From assembly GCA_964016885.1 (NCBI GenBank), contig OZ024740.1:380928001-380992000 (forward strand): a stretch of DNA of 64,000 bases, written 5' to 3'. Below, piece by piece: positions 27,425 through 40,244 of this stretch. The notes under the pieces were generated by a model. It did no database searches. It worked only from the letters and a program-made list of their open reading frames with translations, and was not told the DNA's origin. Position 1 is the first letter of the stretch; each line of letters begins with the position of its first letter. Both the position numbers and the translations under genes were made by a program. The DNA is from Eledone cirrhosa (lineage: Eukaryota).

Positions 27425-29098
27425 ATAGCAATTCATACTACACCTCTATTTCCCCTATCCTATTAAATAAGGCTCTAATTATAGCCATGAACAATAGTGA
27501 CCTTACTAGATCCCAAATTGATGTCATACTTGCGGCCCGAAAAACCATAATTACATTTGAAGAACAATTATGGACCCGCAAGGATACGCATAACAACTTC
27601 GACATAACCATGGGATCTAGTGACTCGGCGCAGGTCAGTGATTTGGTGGGCCTATACCTACTTAATGAAATCCATAAGAACCTACCCTACCTCAACGGTG
27701 CTTTATACCGCGACGATGCGCTTCTTCTTATAGACTATAAAAAATTTAATATAGAAAAAACTAGGAAACAGTTACACAAAATTTTTAAAAACTACAACTT
27801 AAGTATCACCTTAGATAAAAACACTAAAAACGTCAACTTCCTTGATGCTACCCTTAGCCTAGACTCTCGAACATACACACCCTATCATAAACCCAACGAA
27901 AAACTAATTTATGTGAACACCAACTCTAACCACCCTAAATCCATATTAAACTCTATTACCAAAGGAATATCTAATAGAATCTCTAATCTATCATATAATG
28001 AAACTATATTTAACAATAATTCACAATACTATAATGAGGCCTTAGCTAAATCAGGACATAAGACTGAGATTGAATTCCTACCTTTAACATCACATAGTTA
28101 CAACATTATTTCTCATAATATGGCCATGAGGAAAAATAGTAAAAACACTAGTCTCTATAACTCTAAGAGGAAAATTAATACCAAACTTAACTCGCACCAA
28201 AGTAAACACCACGATAATAATATAAACAGGGATATAAATACCTAAAAAAACAATACTATAAACAAAAATAGAAGAACTAATACATTCTTCAATCCCCCTT
28301 TCAATCTAAACGTCTTTACCAACTTGCCTAAGGCTTTTTTCTCAATCTTGGAAAAAAACTTCCCGACCGGCCACAAGTATCATAGCCTTATCAATAAACA
28401 TACAATTAAAATATCGTACTCCACCACACCTAACATAGCATACCATATAGCTAGTAGTAATAAAAGGAAGATTAATAACTATTTCCAACTAATTAAAACA
28501 CAACAAGAGGTAAACTTAGTACCTGTAAACAATAGTAGTAATAATAGAAATAATGATAATAGCACTAATGAAATCAATAACAATACGAATGATAGACATC
28601 ATTACCCTAGTGCTATCCCTAGCAATCAGAATTCTTCACAACATAGGAACCGGCAAGCTAACACCCGGAATAAATGTAACTGTAGAACTAATAGAATTTG
28701 CCCCTTAGCTAATAATTGCTTAACTAAAAATATCATCTACTCATGCACCGTCAACGCAAACAACTCTTCTAAAACATATATAGGTTCTACTTCGAACAAC
28801 TTCAAGACGAGATACAACTTGCATCTCCACTCTTTCAAAAAACACAATCTAGTCAGCTCCACTTCTTTATCTAGCTACGTACACTCTCTGAAAACTAAGA
28901 CCATTTACACTGCAATGGGAAGTAGTAGGTAGGGCCTCATCGTATAAACCACCGAATAAATTGTGTAATCTCTGCCTTCTGGAGACCCATACTATAATCT
29001 TTTCGAAACTAGAACTCCTTAATAGAAAGTCAGATACATTTTCCTCGTGCCAACACCGGTACCGGCACTCGTTCCATAACTTTAAACCTAGCTGTTAG
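27425..29098 (+). pseudogene. PLE reverse transcriptase + GIY-YIG endonuclease, disrupted
   Basis: FDITMGSSDSAQVSDLVGLYLL, LYRDDAL, VNFLD, SNHP, FNPPF, CNCR..CPL..CL, IIY..YIGST..FKTRY..H; in-frame TAA at 28243-28245; frameshift near 28897 into LQWEVV..CNLCLLE..LLNRKS..SCQH, ending TAG 29096-29098. Confidence 0.9.
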
Positions 29099-30422
29099 TA
29101 TACAACAATGTCAGATTTGAATTCCCCACCACCATTAGCACTACACATCTAGGACTTAGCAGCACCCACAACCACAAACCCCTCGACCAACTCTTTCCTC
29201 TACACAACTCCTATTCATCTATAACGTTATTCTCTGCAATAACAGTTAGAATTAGACATAGAGTTACCACCTTGTGATATAACTACAATAGATTAATTAT
29301 ATCATATACAGTAATGGATATTTGGCACTTGGTATGTAGAGACATTTAATGTAATATGTGATAATAAACTATATGTGCATTTATAATTGTATAATTAAAT
29401 GCTTAAATTACACAACATAATAATAATAAAGTATATATACATTTATAATTAAATGTAAAATGTAATAGCATTGTATATTAGGGATTATTTTATTACACAT
29501 ATGGCATATCTACTATAACATATTAACAGCTGTATAATCCTTCATAACATATACCTTGTCCAGTAATGAATAGATAACAATCTAAAGAGACCTTTAATGT
29601 ATGATAATAGAATACACTGTATTTAAAATCAAGCATAAATATACAGCGTTATGTAACAGAGATCCAATGGTATCACATTATAGTGCGTATTATAACAAAG
29701 AATTTTAATAACTGAATTGAACTTAATTAGCTAGTTACCTCTCCTTACGCGTTATTTCCCCTTATTCACTTCCGGAAATTAACGATTGAAAATTTAACGG
29801 TTGATCAAATATAGTCTATGAATATGAATTCATTAAGACTAATTTACAATCCATTGATCTAACTAACTTAAAACATTCAATATAAACATTAACTAAAATT
29901 TAATTCAACATATGTCATGGAAAAGTCTGCAAAAACTGTATGTTTCTCAATACACATTATTCGAACACCATCAACATTCAACATCCACCATAGATTCTAA
30001 TACATTAACATATTTGCTTCAACTGCAGTATTTATTCATCTATATATGCATAATAGCTTTGCTTGTCTCCGCCTCATGTATATGACTTACGCAGTTACAC
30101 TATCCACACGCCTGCATATGAATTGTTATTGCACTCTTCCTTTCTCAAAACTACTTCCCCAATGCCTCTTTAATATTTGGTCTCTTCCCTTGTTTTAACT
30201 GTTGCATGTATTCCACTCCGTGCTTGATTTTAATTTAATTTAAATTTGAATTTGAATTTGAACTTGAATGTGTGTACAATTATTGTACAATTCTCGTAAA
30301 ATATATGTCACATCCATTCCACCCTGTAAATAGAAAACTGTTGCTCACAACATCAATTTATATGTATCTATATTATTGTTCAGTTGAATAGGAGGTTAAT
30401 TATATGTGCAAACATTGATAAT

Positions 30423-30467
30423 GCTCCGAAGACTTCAAATGAGAGTTTGGAAGAAACGATTGTCAGC
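30423..30467 (+). ncRNA. Decayed hammerhead motif in the PLE pseudo-LTR
   Basis: gct-CCGAAGA-cttcaaa..tttggaa-GAAAC-gatt-GT-C-agc; U4C change and irregular stem II. Confidence 0.5.
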
Positions 30468-30507
30468 TATTAAATGATTTGAACACAACTTTGATAATTG
30501 TATAATG

Positions 30508-30539
<32 letters not shown>

Positions 30540-30587
30540 GGAGAAATACTGTATATATTTTATCAAATGATTCTATGGACTTACTTT

Positions 30588-30637
<50 letters not shown>

Positions 30638-30675
30638 TAAGTATTAATAAAATAGATGTTCTTTTGATCAATTAC

Positions 30676-30728
30676 ATTTTATTATACATATTTCGGATGT
30701 ACAACAGTCCGTCCTCATCAGACAAAAT
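30676..30728 (-). ncRNA. Type I hammerhead motif in a 130-bp unit between two (TA)n arrays
   Basis: Minus strand: attttgt-CTGATGA-ggacg..catcc-GAA-atatgtat-A-ataaaat. Confidence 0.7.
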
Positions 30729-30759
30729 ATAATGATACATGACATACCCTGAGATGTTT

Positions 30760-30833
<74 letters not shown>

Positions 30834-31357
30834 GTCCAAAGACCAGCGGCATTTCACGTGTTTTAGAAGAGAGTGTTATTTAGTTAGAATTTGTTCTAGT
30901 TACTTCAAATATATTTTTCAGCCATGTTCTCATCATTGTTTCGTGCAAGGCTGGGTTTTTTGATGCCAGTAGACACACATACACACAAACATAGACACAG
31001 AAACATAGATACACAAACACATGCACACCCAGGCACACACAATCAACTCTCTCACACAGACATACGCACACACACACGCACACCCAGCCATACAGACAAG
31101 CTCACACACTCTCACATACTTACACACACATAAGTACCCCCCCCCCCGCCACACACACACAAGCCCGCATGGACTCACATACACACACCTCACTCACACA
31201 CATGCACATACCTCACACACACACGCAAAGACACACGCACTCACATACACAGACACACACATATATATATGCATGTGTAATAAATATATGCGTGTGGGTG
31301 TGTCTGCATCTACGTATGTTTATGTATATGTATGTATGTATATATGTATGTATGTAT

Positions 31358-33262
31358 GTCGGGTCACTCTTGAGTGCTACTGGTAACATGTAACCCATTA
31401 CAACCTGTCGCATGGTCGGATCGCCGGCGACTAAACCGGCAACCACACCAAGTTTATTTGGTGACGTGGGTAATTTTGGACACCCTGCAGGACAAAAAAC
31501 AAAACCTGACAAAGGGCGGAAGAACTCATAAGAGTCAACGACCATCCGAAAGTGTGTAAATATGTATATACACATGTACCGCGGTTAAACCACTGGGAGT
31601 GAAGGGCCCATAGCCTTTATCAGGGCATTCTTCTAGGAGAAGGCAACTCAGGAAACTGGGATAACTCAGATATAAAACCTGTGGCTCAGTAGATACGGAT
31701 GACGTTGATCTTTTCTTCTTTTCGGGTTATAGCTACTGTCGTTCAGAGAGTGGTATTGGCTCAGGGCACAGTCTTTTCTAACTTAAAAAAATATCTTCAT
31801 GCACAGGCATTGCACGATAGAATTAATTAATAATTATTAATAATGGTATATCGTCAATGGCCATACTCGATAACGAGGGGGCAGCCATCATCATGTATGC
31901 ATGCATATATGTATGTATGCATATTTATATGTATGATGAGCCTATAGTTGCCATATATGTGCCAGAGGGTGCAAGTCTCTGGCTGGTTTGAGGAGCCACG
32001 TTCGTGCCTCACATTTTTTAGCATTTTGTCACGCGATGGCAATGTTCGAACACGAGTTTGCAGCCATTATGTATGTATGTATGTATGTCCCTTTACGATC
32101 TGAGTTCAAATCCAGCCGAGGTTGACTTTACCTTTCATCCTTACGATAAAATAAGTACCAGTAATGCACTGGGTAATTGCTGGCCTTGTGCCTAAAGTAG
32201 AAACAATTATGTATGTATGTATGTATGTATGTATGTATGTATGTATGTACAACATGTATCCCAGTACAACCTGTCTCATGGTCGGGTCGTTGGCGACTAA
32301 ACTGGCAACCCCACCAAGGTTTCTTGGTGTGGAGGGTGACTTTGGACATCCTGCAGGACTAAAAACAAAATCTGTCAAAGGGCAAAGGAGCTCTTATGAG
32401 TCAATGGCCATCCAAAATCACCGGGAGAGATGACCCCTTAGCCTTTGTCAAGGCAGAATTCTAGGAGAAGGAAAACTCTGATATAACACCTGCAACCCTG
32501 ATGGTATTCAATGATGTTGACTTGTTCTTCTTTTTGGTAAATATCATCTTGGTTAAGAGAGTGGGACTGGCTTTGTGCAGTGCCTTTGCTCACTATAAAA
32601 GCTTCACGGCACAGGCATTGCTTTATATCTGGAGATCTCTCTGCACTTGTCGTCACATGTTACCATGGGCCCAGCACTATGTGTCAATAATTGTCACAAG
32701 TGTAGTGTTTGTACCAGAGTTTTCAAGTCGCTGGCTGGACTAAAAAGTCACACTCGTTCAGCGTATCGGTAGGGGTTCTCCTACATGGATATAAAGTAGT
32801 GGCCGTACTCGAAAATGAGTTGGCAGCCACCATGTATGTATGTATGTATGTATGTATGTATGTATGTATGTATGTATGTATGTATGTATGTATACATGGG
32901 TGCATGTATATGTATATGCGTGGGGACATAGAAATAGTTGTGCTGGACACCCGATCGCGCGGTTAAACCACTGGGAGTGAAGGACCCCTATCCTTTGTCA
33001 GAGCATTCTTCTAGGAGAAGGCAACTCAGGAAACTGGGATAACACCGACATAAAACCTCAGTAGTAACCGATAATGTTGATCTTTTCTTCTTTTCGGGTT
33101 ATAGCTATTGTCGCTCAGAGAGTGGGATTGGCTCAGTGCGCAGTCTTTCCACACTTTAAAAAATATCTTGACGCACAGGCATTGCACGATGGAATTAATT
33201 AATAATTATTAATAATGGTATATCATGCAATGGCCATACTCGATAATGAGGAGGTAGCCATC
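31358..33262 (+). mobile_element. Cluster of non-autonomous bipartite RTE-derived retroposons with (ATGT)n tails
   Basis: Pieces at 31358-31555, 31580-31889, ~31950-32068, 32250-32831 and 32958-33262; 5' motif shared with the RTE at 40542-40588; ctaggagaaggaaaactctga RTE 5'-UTR motif; CSVCTRVFKSLAGLKSHTR at 32701-32757; 3' stem-loop. Confidence 0.75.
32087..32209 (+). mobile_element. SINE family A, 5'-truncated
   Basis: ccctttacgatctgagttcaaat..tgctggccttgtgcctaaagtagaaacaatt. Confidence 0.85.
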
Positions 33263-33945
33263 ATGTATGTATGTATGTATGTATGTATGTATGTATGTAT
33301 GTATGTATGTATGTATGTATGTATGTATGTATGTATGCATGTATGTATGTATGCATCTATGTATGTATGTACGCATGTATGTATTTATGCATGTATGTAT
33401 GTATGCATATATGCATGCATGTATGTATGCATGTATGTATATATGTATGTATGTATGTATGCATGTTTGCATGTATGCATATATGTATGTATGTATGTAT
33501 ATATGTATGTATGCATGTTTGCATGTATGCATATATGTATGTATGTATGTATATATGTATGTATGCATGTTTGCATGTATGTATATATGTATATATGTAT
33601 ATATGTATGTATATATGTATATATGTATGCATGCATGTACGTATGTATGCTGAAAGCGAAGGAGTGAGAAAACAAAAACCTCCAGCAAAAATCTTCCCTC
33701 CTTCCCTCTCTCTCTGTCTTCCTGCTCTTTAACTCTTCTCTTTCCCTTCTCTCTGTCCCCTTTATCTCTTCCCTTCTCCCTCTCCCTTCTTCTCTTTCTC
33801 TCTTTTCTACTTTATCTTCCCTTTCCCCTCTATATATCCCAACCTCTCTCTCTCCTCTCTCCTTCTGTCTCCCTACTCATCTCTTCCTATCTCTCTCCTC
33901 TCTGCCATTCTATCTCACCATCTCCCTCTCCACTTCTCCTTCTCC

Positions 33946-33985
<40 letters not shown>

Positions 33986-34066
33986 CCCTCTACAACTCTT
34001 CATCTCTCCCTCTTTTTGTGAATGAGCCGCGTATTTTTTGAAATGTTCTTTATTAGGTGTCAAATA

Positions 34067-34925
34067 TTTTGGTTATATAACATATTTTCTAGAAGGAACA
34101 TTATCTGGCAGAACCGTTTACAGGGTGCAACCCCATAAACCGTTATCGTATACATGTATTTGAGTGCTGGAAATAATAACTCGGTTGGTTTATTCCATAG
34201 CCAGCTGTACAGAGCTTTTAGTCTCCTTTCAAGAACTTCGAAATTATGGAGTTGCACCCGTGTAAAAGGATCTGCGAGATAATGTTCCTCCTAGAAAATA
34301 TATTATACTAGCAGTGATACCCGGCGTTGCACAGGATAAGTTGTTTTGGAACGCGGGCCGCCAACAGACCTAATCGTGGAAAAATTGAATGCCTGGGCAA
34401 TATGTAAAGAGAATAAACCGTATACTCTGATGGCTGGATAATCTTTAAGATTTTCCTCGATGAAGCAGGTAATATGCCTTGAAGCAGGTAATATGCCTTT
34501 AAGCAGGTAATATAATATGCCTTGAAATTTCGGGAAAATCGGCTAGACGTAACGCCTCAAAAAAGCCCTAAAAAGCTGGAAAAAAAATGAAGTTGTTCAC
34601 CTAATGGTCATAAAAAGTTGGATTTTCTTTTCTCACGGCATGAAGAAGCGACTGACTAATACATAGTTACTATTTCAAGGAAATCAGTCTGAGGTAACGC
34701 CTCAAAAAACCCCTAAAAAGCTGAAAAAAACGCAGTTTTTCACCTAATGCGGGCCCTAGGGGATAAAAAAGTTGAATTTATGTGCATAACACTCCCTGAA
34801 GCATAAGTGATACACAAGTAAAGTTTGAAAAAAATCGGTTGGGTACTTCTCGAATTTTGGGATTCAAACTCTCAGACACACATACACACACACATCCTCA
34901 GTTTTATATATATAGATAACCAAAA
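34067..34925 (+). mobile_element. Older fold-back unit (arms ~34067-34138 / 34244-34307 + 34917-34925) split by a Helitron
   Basis: Right arm resumes exactly after the Helitron (..tattata|taaccaaaa) and pairs with ttttggttatataa.. Confidence 0.65.
34308..34916 (-). mobile_element. Complete non-autonomous Helitron (family 1)
   Basis: Minus strand A|TC..CTAG|T, no TSD, subterminal hairpin; internal 19-bp x3 and ~57-bp x2 repeats. Confidence 0.9.
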
Positions 34926-35567
34926 CATCATGAAATTAATCCAATGTGTGCATCTTAATTGCAACCATTTAGTTGCCGTAAGATATACATACAGGCGCGC
35001 ACAAACACGCACAAACACGCTCTCTTTCTCTTTCTCTCTCTCTCACACACACACCACACACACGCACACACACACATACACAGATTTTTTTGTACGTTTT
35101 AGAAATTTACGTATTTCTTCAACTAATTTCGCCCAATTTACATTCTAAATTCTTCCTTTAACCCTTTATAGCCCGAATTAATTTCCAAACATAATGCTTC
35201 GTTTTACACGTGTCGGTTAGAAATCGAAAGGCGCGTTGAATATGATGCGAAAGTATGTTTGCCTCTTGAACCGAACATGCATTGAACGTGCCACGACAAA
35301 CGGGTAGGGAATATCTTCAGATTTATTTCATATATAAGCTGTTATTTCAAATGTGAGGAAGTTGTCATTGTGTGTCGTCAAAAGTTAATGGTTTACCATT
35401 TCTCCCTTATATATACCTATAACTCATATGCATATCACTTCCCCATCATCCCAATCTAATATCGCTCCCAAACTGGTATGGAAAATGATTGCTCCATCAG
35501 TGAGGTTTTCCACCGACAGTCAGTATATCCTCAATCTATTTGTTATTTCATTAATTCATAACATGAG

Positions 35568-35751
35568 GGCGGTGGATTAGCAGTATCGGTAGAGGGTCAG
35601 ACGCCATGCTTTGACGCATAGTTACGGCTCTTGCCATTCTGAGTTCAAATCCCGCTGAGGTTAACTTTGCCTTTCATCCTTACGGGATCGATAAAATAAA
35701 GTACCAGTAATGCACTGGTTAATTGCTGGCCTTGTGCCAAAAGTAGAAACA
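35568..35751 (+). mobile_element. SINE family A, full length, with 15-bp TSD
   Basis: attaattcataacat at 35550-35564 and 35752-35766; B-box-like gagttcaaatccc. Confidence 0.93.
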
Positions 35752-36136
35752 ATTAATTCATAACATAGGCAGTCTAGCTGTTAAGAATCGTTATCAAATC
35801 ATCAGGAAGTGTTAGCTACAGAGTCATTTTTTTTTTATTCAAGGACGTATTTTACATTCTCTTCGTTCAAACTATGAAACCGGAAATAATCACGGGCGCA
35901 TATGTGCTGAAAGTAGGAGGGCGTTGAAAAGTAAGAGCTTCACGACCTGCCACTGTTGTAACAGTGCAATACTTCATTGACTAAGATACTTTCTTCTCAT
36001 TCTCCCAGTCATATCTCAGCGTTGTTCAACTATCCAATACTGAACCACTAAAAATATGTTTATATTTTAACTACAGGGAGACATTCCGTCAAAGAGTTAA
36101 TCATTTTGAGTATGGATAATAATATCTATATCATAA

Positions 36137-36316
36137 TTGTTTCTACTTTTTGGCACAAGGCCAGCAATTATCCCAGTGTATTACTGGTACTTTATTTTAT
36201 CGACCCCGTAAGGATGAAAGGCAAAGTTAACCTCGGCGGGATTTGAACTCAGAATGGCAAGGTCCGTAACTCTATGCGTCTAAACATGGCGTCCGACCCT
36301 CTACCGATACTGCCAA
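36137..36316 (-). mobile_element. SINE family A
   Basis: Reverse complement of the family consensus. Confidence 0.9.
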
Positions 36317-36659
36317 ATGCTGTATAACTTGGGAAGGTTTAGAACACTGTTGAGTAACAAATCCGAAATAGAGCGATATAATCTACAATATCAAATTCCA
36401 TGAAATTGGACTCCTATTGTCACTAATATATTTCAAGCAACTGCCTACGATATTACAATTGTTTTATGGACAGGGGATGGTGACTTTCCTAATTACATCA
36501 TTAATGTTACTTAGAATATGTTTTCTAATTGATTTAATCTCGCTTTAAACGAAATTGATTAATCTGCATTTTGGATTAGACACAAACATCAAAATGTGGT
36601 TTTTGAGGGTAATGTATACTTAACGTACACACACACATAGATGAATATGAATATATATA

Positions 36660-37413
36660 TATTACCACAACCACGGATTACACACCATTGGCCATCGTTC
36701 CCACTATCTACTCCATAACATGGAAAATATCTGGCATCCCTTCACACCCTCTACGGAAATACCTTAGGAACTTACCCATGGACATACACTCACAACATTT
36801 TTTTTCGAACCACGCCACCTACATCCACAAAACCTATAAACACCACACACACGTGCGTAACCCCACATATATACACACTCAGCCTCCGGAATCCTCTCAC
36901 CCCTCCCCCACCCCTGTTACCCCTCTCCATCCACACGCACGCACACACCGACCTACACCCACCCCACACACACACCTTTTCCTGAACATGGAACCTCGTT
37001 CTTCCCCTAACTCTCACATTCACATACGCACACACACACGTACACCTACACACATACACCACCTTCAGCCCTCCCCGCTCGGACACCAAGCGTCCCTCTC
37101 CCCACTCCACCCGCCACCACCCATACACGCCCCACACCCTTCCACCACTTGTTTATCTTCATGTTTATTTTTATTTTTTATTTATTTTTTTTTATTTGTA
37201 CCCCTTCCACCGTTTTTCCTCCCTTTCCTTTCCCCTCCTTTTTTCTAAATGTCTCTCCTCCACTCCCCTACACACCCTCGGAACTCTCTTCCCACCCACT
37301 TTTCGACTGAAGAAGGGCTTATGCCCGAAACGTCCCCCCCCCCTACTCTCAAGAGCGTGAAACTAATAAACGTTTGTTCGTACTGCCTCTCTGTTTTGTT
37401 CCCGTTCCATTTT

Positions 37414-37418
<5 letters not shown>
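36660..37418 (+). mobile_element. Probable PLE 3' end / pseudo-LTR with minimal hammerhead core (37307-37334)
   Basis: CTGAAGA-a-gggc-ttat-gccc-GAAAC-GT-C, then AATAAA and a tail abutting (TA)n; stem I 3' arm replaced by poly-C. Confidence 0.6.
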
Positions 37419-37499
<81 letters not shown>

Positions 37500-37606
37500 A
37501 TTTTTGCTGGACCGGCGATCGCTCTCTATAATCAGTTCCTGATTATTACTGGAATTCTATAAGAATCCAGACTCTATAATTTTCGGCAGAAGTCGGCGAG
37601 TACGTT

Positions 37607-37647
37607 GCTCTGAGGAACACCAACAGTGTGAAACAGAATCTGTCAGC
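37607..37647 (+). ncRNA. Complete minimal type I hammerhead ribozyme motif
   Basis: gct-CTGAGGA-acac-caaca-gtgt-GAA-acaga-a-tctgt-C-agc; predicted cleavage after 37644. Confidence 0.85.
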
Positions 37648-37831
37648 TTCTTTCCCTTCCTTTGCTGAAAATAGAAGTAAGTGACATATTCATTTCTTTA
37701 AAATAATAGCGCAAGGTCTATAAAATGTTTTAATTAAACATACAGTATATTACCAAATATACTATACATACATTCATGTATACATCACTATTTCAGAGCA
37801 CCAATTCTAATATATATATATATATATATAT

Positions 37832-38044
37832 TTGTTTTGCAAGGTTTTTGATATGATATCGTGTGTCGAAACAAATATTATTATACTTGGGGAGGGTCAT
37901 ATTGTTGTAATAATATTGCCAGAAATAATAACAGAACACACTCACTGTTTGATTGATTTTCGCTTCTGTATCTTTTATATCCCCATAGTTACTTTATTTG
38001 GAAATCAACGTTTATCATTGATTGACCAACGGTTAGAAATACAG

Positions 38045-38122
<78 letters not shown>

Positions 38123-38345
38123 TATCAAAGTTCTTTCGTTGCACAACTGCAACATCATCAGTGGTACTATTATGTTTCCTCCTGTTGTATCGTGTCTGCG
38201 CCATTTTTTCAATGATAAACGTTGATTGCCAAATAAATTAACTAAGGAAATATAAAAGATACAGAGGCGAAAACATACCAAGCAGTTAGTGTGATCTGTT
38301 ATTATTTCTGGCAATGTTATTATAACAATATGACCCTCTCCAAGT
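37832..38345 (-). mobile_element. Solo PLE pseudo-LTR (same family as 21845-22165) with an inverted partial copy at its 5' end
   Basis: 37832-38047 is the reverse complement of 21945-22165; hammerhead core CTGATGA-t-gttgca-gttg-tgcaac-GAAA on minus 38124-38166; 38209-38345 is an inverted copy of part of 37832-38047. Confidence 0.8.
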
Positions 38346-38480
38346 AGGACACTATATATATATATGTGTGTGTGTTTGTGTGTATGTAAGTACATGTATA
38401 CAATTATCTCTCTCCATATATGCATATATATATATATATGTATATAAATATATATATATATATATATAAATATATATATA

Positions 38481-39015
38481 TAATAAATGTAATGTGAGCT
38501 TTTCGAATATTAATAATTGTTTCTACTTTAGGCAAAAGGCCAGCAATTAACCAGTGCATTACTGGTACTTTATTTTATCGACCCCGTAAGGATGAAAGGC
38601 AAAGTCAACCTCGGCGGGATTTGAACTCAGATCGTAAAGGGACGTAACTATGCTGGAAAGCATGTCGTCCGACCCTCTACCGATACTGCCAATCCACCGC
38701 CCTTTTCGAATATTAATAATTGTTTCTACTTTAGGCATAAGGCCAGCAATTACCCAGTGCATCACAATTATGCAAACAAGCCTCAATTTTATAGCCATGT
38801 CAGTAGAATGAACCCTTCATTCTTGCTCTTATGTTGACATGTGAACAGATGCCAACATAAGAGCAAGAATGAAGGGTTCATTTTACTGACATGGTTATAA
38901 AATTGAGGGTTGTTTGCATAATTGCAAACAAATCGAATGTTATTATTAATATTCGAAAAACTCAGATTATATTTATTGTATTCAGCCATGTAGAGCGAAC
39001 ATTTTCTTTTTATTT
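38481..39015 (+). mobile_element. Fold-back unit (inner arms 38765-38924; outer arms 38481-38516 / ~38943-38976) with SINEs in its left arm
   Basis: ~70-bp inner arms with few mismatches; tail then (TA)n. Confidence 0.7.
38517..38701 (-). mobile_element. SINE family A, full length, 19-bp TSD, next to a 3' stub of another copy (38721-38762)
   Basis: cttttcgaatattaataat at 38498-38516 and 38702-38720. Confidence 0.93.
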
Positions 39016-39016
39016 A

Positions 39017-39161
<145 letters not shown>

Positions 39162-39213
39162 AGAATGAAACGAAATTTCATTTCTCACTCTTAGTACGGC
39201 AGTTACTTAAATG

Positions 39214-39945
39214 TAAGTATGTATGTATGTATACGTACATACATATATGTATACAGACGTACCGTAGTATGTATATATATACATACATGCACACATATAT
39301 ATATGCACGTATCGGTTTACCGAACATTTATTATAATGCTCGGTTTGTTTGTAAACAAACAAACAGCCCGAATTACGCTGTACAGTGTTTAGGCAACCAC
39401 GTCACCTTTTTGTTCAACACTGACACAGGAACGATGTACTCGTATCAAGCTTATTAGCTATCGTCAGCATCGTATACCTTCCTGCCAGATACTTTCCTTA
39501 TGCATATTAACGGCTGAGCAGCCTAATTTGCACTTCTCATTTGCATTTCGTTTCATTCTATTCCATTTATCGTTTTCGGTCAGCCCGGCCGACTAAACTC
39601 ACTCGATATGCAAATTAGGCTGCTCAGCCGTTAATATGCATAAGGAAAGTATATACTTTCAGACGTTCAACCATCTGGCAGGAAGGTATACGATGCTGAC
39701 GATAGCTAATAAGCTTGAAACTAGTACATCGTTCCTGTGTCAGTGTTGAACAAAAAGGTGACGTGGTTGCCTAATCAATGTACGGCGTAATTCGGGCTGT
39801 TTGTTTGTTTACAAACAAACAAACCGAGCATTATAATAAATGGTCGGTAAACCGATACGTGCATATATATATGTGTGCATGTATGTATATATATACATAC
39901 TACTGTACGTCTGTATACATATATGTATGTACGTATACATACATA

Positions 39946-39949
<4 letters not shown>
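39214..39949 (+). mobile_element. Large palindrome (arms 39214-39532 / 39609-39949) carrying a hammerhead motif
   Basis: ~320-bp arms with a few substitutions and one ~22-bp indel; bounded by TA-rich arrays. Confidence 0.9.
39690..39732 (+). ncRNA. Minimal type I hammerhead motif
   Basis: acgatg-CTGACGA-t-agct-aata-agct-t-GAA-actagt-A-catcgt; antisense copy in the left arm has GATAC instead of GAAAC. Confidence 0.75.
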
Positions 39950-39991
<42 letters not shown>

Positions 39992-40034
39992 CATATTCAC
40001 ATATTCATACATACATGCGCACATACATATAAAT

Positions 40035-40091
<57 letters not shown>

Positions 40092-40125
40092 TTTCTATAT
40101 GTGTATGTATGAATATGTATGTGTG

Positions 40126-40175
<50 letters not shown>

Positions 40176-40244
40176 TGTATATATATATTGTATATATGTA
40201 TATATATATATATGTATATATATATATGTATATACATTAATCAG

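Larger units (their letters stand above)
27425..30590 (+). mobile_element. 5'-truncated Penelope-like element, Naiad-like, with long 3' UTR and pseudo-LTR
   Basis: RT + GIY-YIG frame, ~1.3 kb of non-coding DNA, hammerhead-like motif at 30423-30467, then (TA)n. Confidence 0.9.

Noticed and set aside
28670-29060. Selenocysteine recoding, as reported for some Naiad PLEs
   Set aside because: Conserved Cys positions are TGT/TGC and the internal stop is TAA, not TGA
34460-34750. CRISPR-like short repeats
   Set aside because: Tandem duplications inside a Helitron, no unique spacers, eukaryotic context
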